From NCBI RefSeq assembly GCF_963921235.1, contig NC_086107.1, positions 99,574,001 through 99,638,000 on the forward strand: a stretch of DNA of 64,000 nucleotides, given 5' to 3'. This DNA comes from Mobula hypostoma. Its lineage: Eukaryota. A model generated the notes under the pieces. That model was not told the origin of the DNA and searched no databases. It saw only the letters and a list, made by a program, of their open reading frames with translations. Position 1 is the first letter of the stretch; every line of letters starts with the position of its first letter. Below are positions 61,355 through 64,000 of this stretch, in pieces. Position numbers and translations under genes: made by a program.

Positions 61355-64000
61355 TTCACACTGGTCTACAACAACTCTCATTGGTCTACACCAACTCTCA
61401 CTGGTCTACATGGACCCACACTGGTCTACACCGACTCACACTGGTCTACACCGACTCACACTGGTCTACACTGACTCACACTGGTCTAAACAGACTCACA
61501 CTGGTCTACACTGACTCACACTGGTCTACACCGACTCACACAGGTCTACACTGACTCACACTGGTCTACACCGACTCACACTGGTCTACACCGACTCACA
61601 CTGGTCTACACTGACTCACACTGGTCTACACGGACTCACACCATTCTACACAGACTCACACCGGTCTACACCGACTCACACTGGTCTACACCGTCTCACA
61701 CTGGTCTACACTGACTCGCACTGGTCTACACCGACCTCACACTGGTCTACACCGACTCACACTGGTCTACACCGACTCACACTTGTATTGACTGACTCAC
61801 ACTGGTCTACACAGACTCACACCGCTCTACACAGACTCACACCGGTCTACACCGACTCACACTGGTCCACACCGACTCACACTGGTCTACACTGACTCGC
61901 ACTGGTCTACACCAAACTCACACTGGTCTACACCGATTCACACTGGTCTACAACGACGCACACTGGTCTACACCGACTCACACTGGTCTACAACGACTCA
62001 CACTGGTATTCACTGACTCACACTGGACTACACTGACTCACACTGGTCTACGACTCACACTGGTTTACACTGAGTCACACTGGTCTACACCGACTCACAC
62101 TGGTCTACACTGACTCACACTGGTCTACACAGACTCACACTGGTCTACACCGACTCACACTGGTTTACACCGACTCACACTGGTCTACACCGACTCACAC
62201 TGGTCTACACCGACTCACACTGTTCTACACCGACTCACACTTGTCTACACTGACTCACACTGGTCTACACCGACTCACACTAGTTTACACCGACACACTG
62301 GTCTACACCGACTCACACGGGTCTACACCAACTCTCATTGGTCTACACCGACTCACACTGGTCTACACCGACTCACACTGGTCTACACTGACTCACACTG
62401 GTTTACACCGACTCACACTGGTCTACACCGACTCACACTGGTCTACACTGACTCACACTGGTCTAGACCGACTCACACTTGTCTACACTGACTCACACTG
62501 GTCTACACCGACTCACACTGGTTTACACCGACTCACACTGGTCTACACCGACTCACACTGGTCTACACTGACTCACACTGTTCTACACCGACTCACACTT
62601 GTCTACACTGACTCACACTGGTCTACACCGACTCACACTGGTATTCACTGACTCACACTGGTCTACACTGACTCACACTGGTCTACACTGACTCACACTG
62701 GTCTACACAGACTCACACTGGTCTACATGGACTCACACTGGTCTACACAGACTAACACTGGTCTACATGAACTCACACTGGTCTACACTGACTCACACTG
62801 GTCTACACCGACTCACACTGGTCTACATGGACTCACACTGGTCCACACTGACTCACACTGGTCTACACAGACTCACACTGGTCTACACCGACTCACACTG
62901 GTCTACACTGACTCACACTGGTCTACACAGACTCACACTGGTCTACACTGACTCACACTGGTCTACACCGACTCACACAGGTCTACACTGACTCACACTG
63001 GTCTACACCGACTCACACTGGTCTACACTGTCTCACACTGGTCTACACGGACTCACACCGCTCTACACAGACTCACACCGGTCTACACCGACTCACACTG
63101 GTCTACACCGTCTCACACTGGTCTACACTGACTCGCACTGGTCTACACCGACCTCACACTGGTCTACACCGACTCACACTGGTCTACACCGACTCACACT
63201 TGTATTGACTGACTCACACTGGTCTACACAGACTCACACCGCTCTACACAGACTCACACCGGTCTACACCGACTCACACTGGTCCACACCGACTCACACT
63301 GGTCTACACTGACTCGCACTGGTCTACACCAACCTCACACTGGTCTACACTGACTCACACTGGTCTACACCAACCTCACACTGGTCTACACCGACTCACA
63401 CTGGTATTCACTGACTCACACTGGACTACACTGACACACACTGGTCTACGACTCACACTGGTTTACATGGACTCACACTGGTTTACACTGACTCACACTG
63501 GTCTACACCGACTCACACTGGTCTACACTGACTCACACTGGTCTACACCGACTCACACTGGTCTACACGGACTCACACTGGTCTACACCGACTCACACTG
63601 GTCTACACAGACTCACACTGGTCTACACCGACTCACACTGGTTTACACTGACTCACACTGGTCTACACCGACTCACACTGGTCTACACTGACTCACACTG
63701 GTCTACACTGACTCACACTGGTCTACACCGACTCACACTGGTCTACACTGACTCACACTGGTCTACACTGACTCACACTGGTCTACACCGACTCACACTG
63801 GTTTACACTGACTCACACTGGTCTACACCGACTCACACTGGTCTACACTGACTCACACTGGTCTACACTGACTCACACTGGTCTACACCGACACACTAGT
63901 TTACACCGACACACTGGTCTACACCGACTCACACTGGTCTACACCGACTCACACTGGTCTACATGGACTCACACTGGTCTACACTGACTTACACTGGTGT
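61355..64000. repeat. 20-bp minisatellite (~130 copies, running off the window end)
   Basis: Unit ACTCACACTGGTCTACAC(C/T)G; degenerate units extend left to ~61220. Confidence 0.97.

Noticed and set aside
61355..64000. ORFs of repeated TLTHTGLHRLTLVYTDSHWS, and superficial resemblance to a CRISPR array
   Set aside because: Contiguous 20-bp tandem units with no unique spacers; the ORFs are translations of the repeat; the context is eukaryotic.

Overview
Eukaryotic genomic DNA, most likely from a cartilaginous fish (inferred from the shark/ray-type myoglobin and the repeat families). Two spliced genes lie tail-to-tail. On + are the last seven coding exons of LUC7L2 (1320-30063; the first exons lie upstream of the window) with a ~2 kb 3' UTR. 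On - is a complete three-exon, 149-aa myoglobin (57180 to 48387). The rest is mostly transposon-derived: Rex1-, CR1- and RTE-type LINE fragments, tRNA-derived SINEs, a Tigger-like element, a hAT MITE, a solo LTR and two minisatellites. The most striking structure is a set of Penelope-like (Neptune-type) insertions of ~85 bp, 181 bp, 1.15 kb and 4.0 kb. All have inverted arms with a ~30-45 nt tail on one arm only; the three larger ones also have 11-15 bp target-site duplications and minimal hammerhead ribozyme motifs (complete or partial). The 4 kb copy forms a ~1.6 kb near-perfect hairpin inside a LUC7L2 intron. Almost all ORFs in the supplied track are repeat-derived or chance. Repeat boundaries are approximate unless a TSD or TIR is cited.
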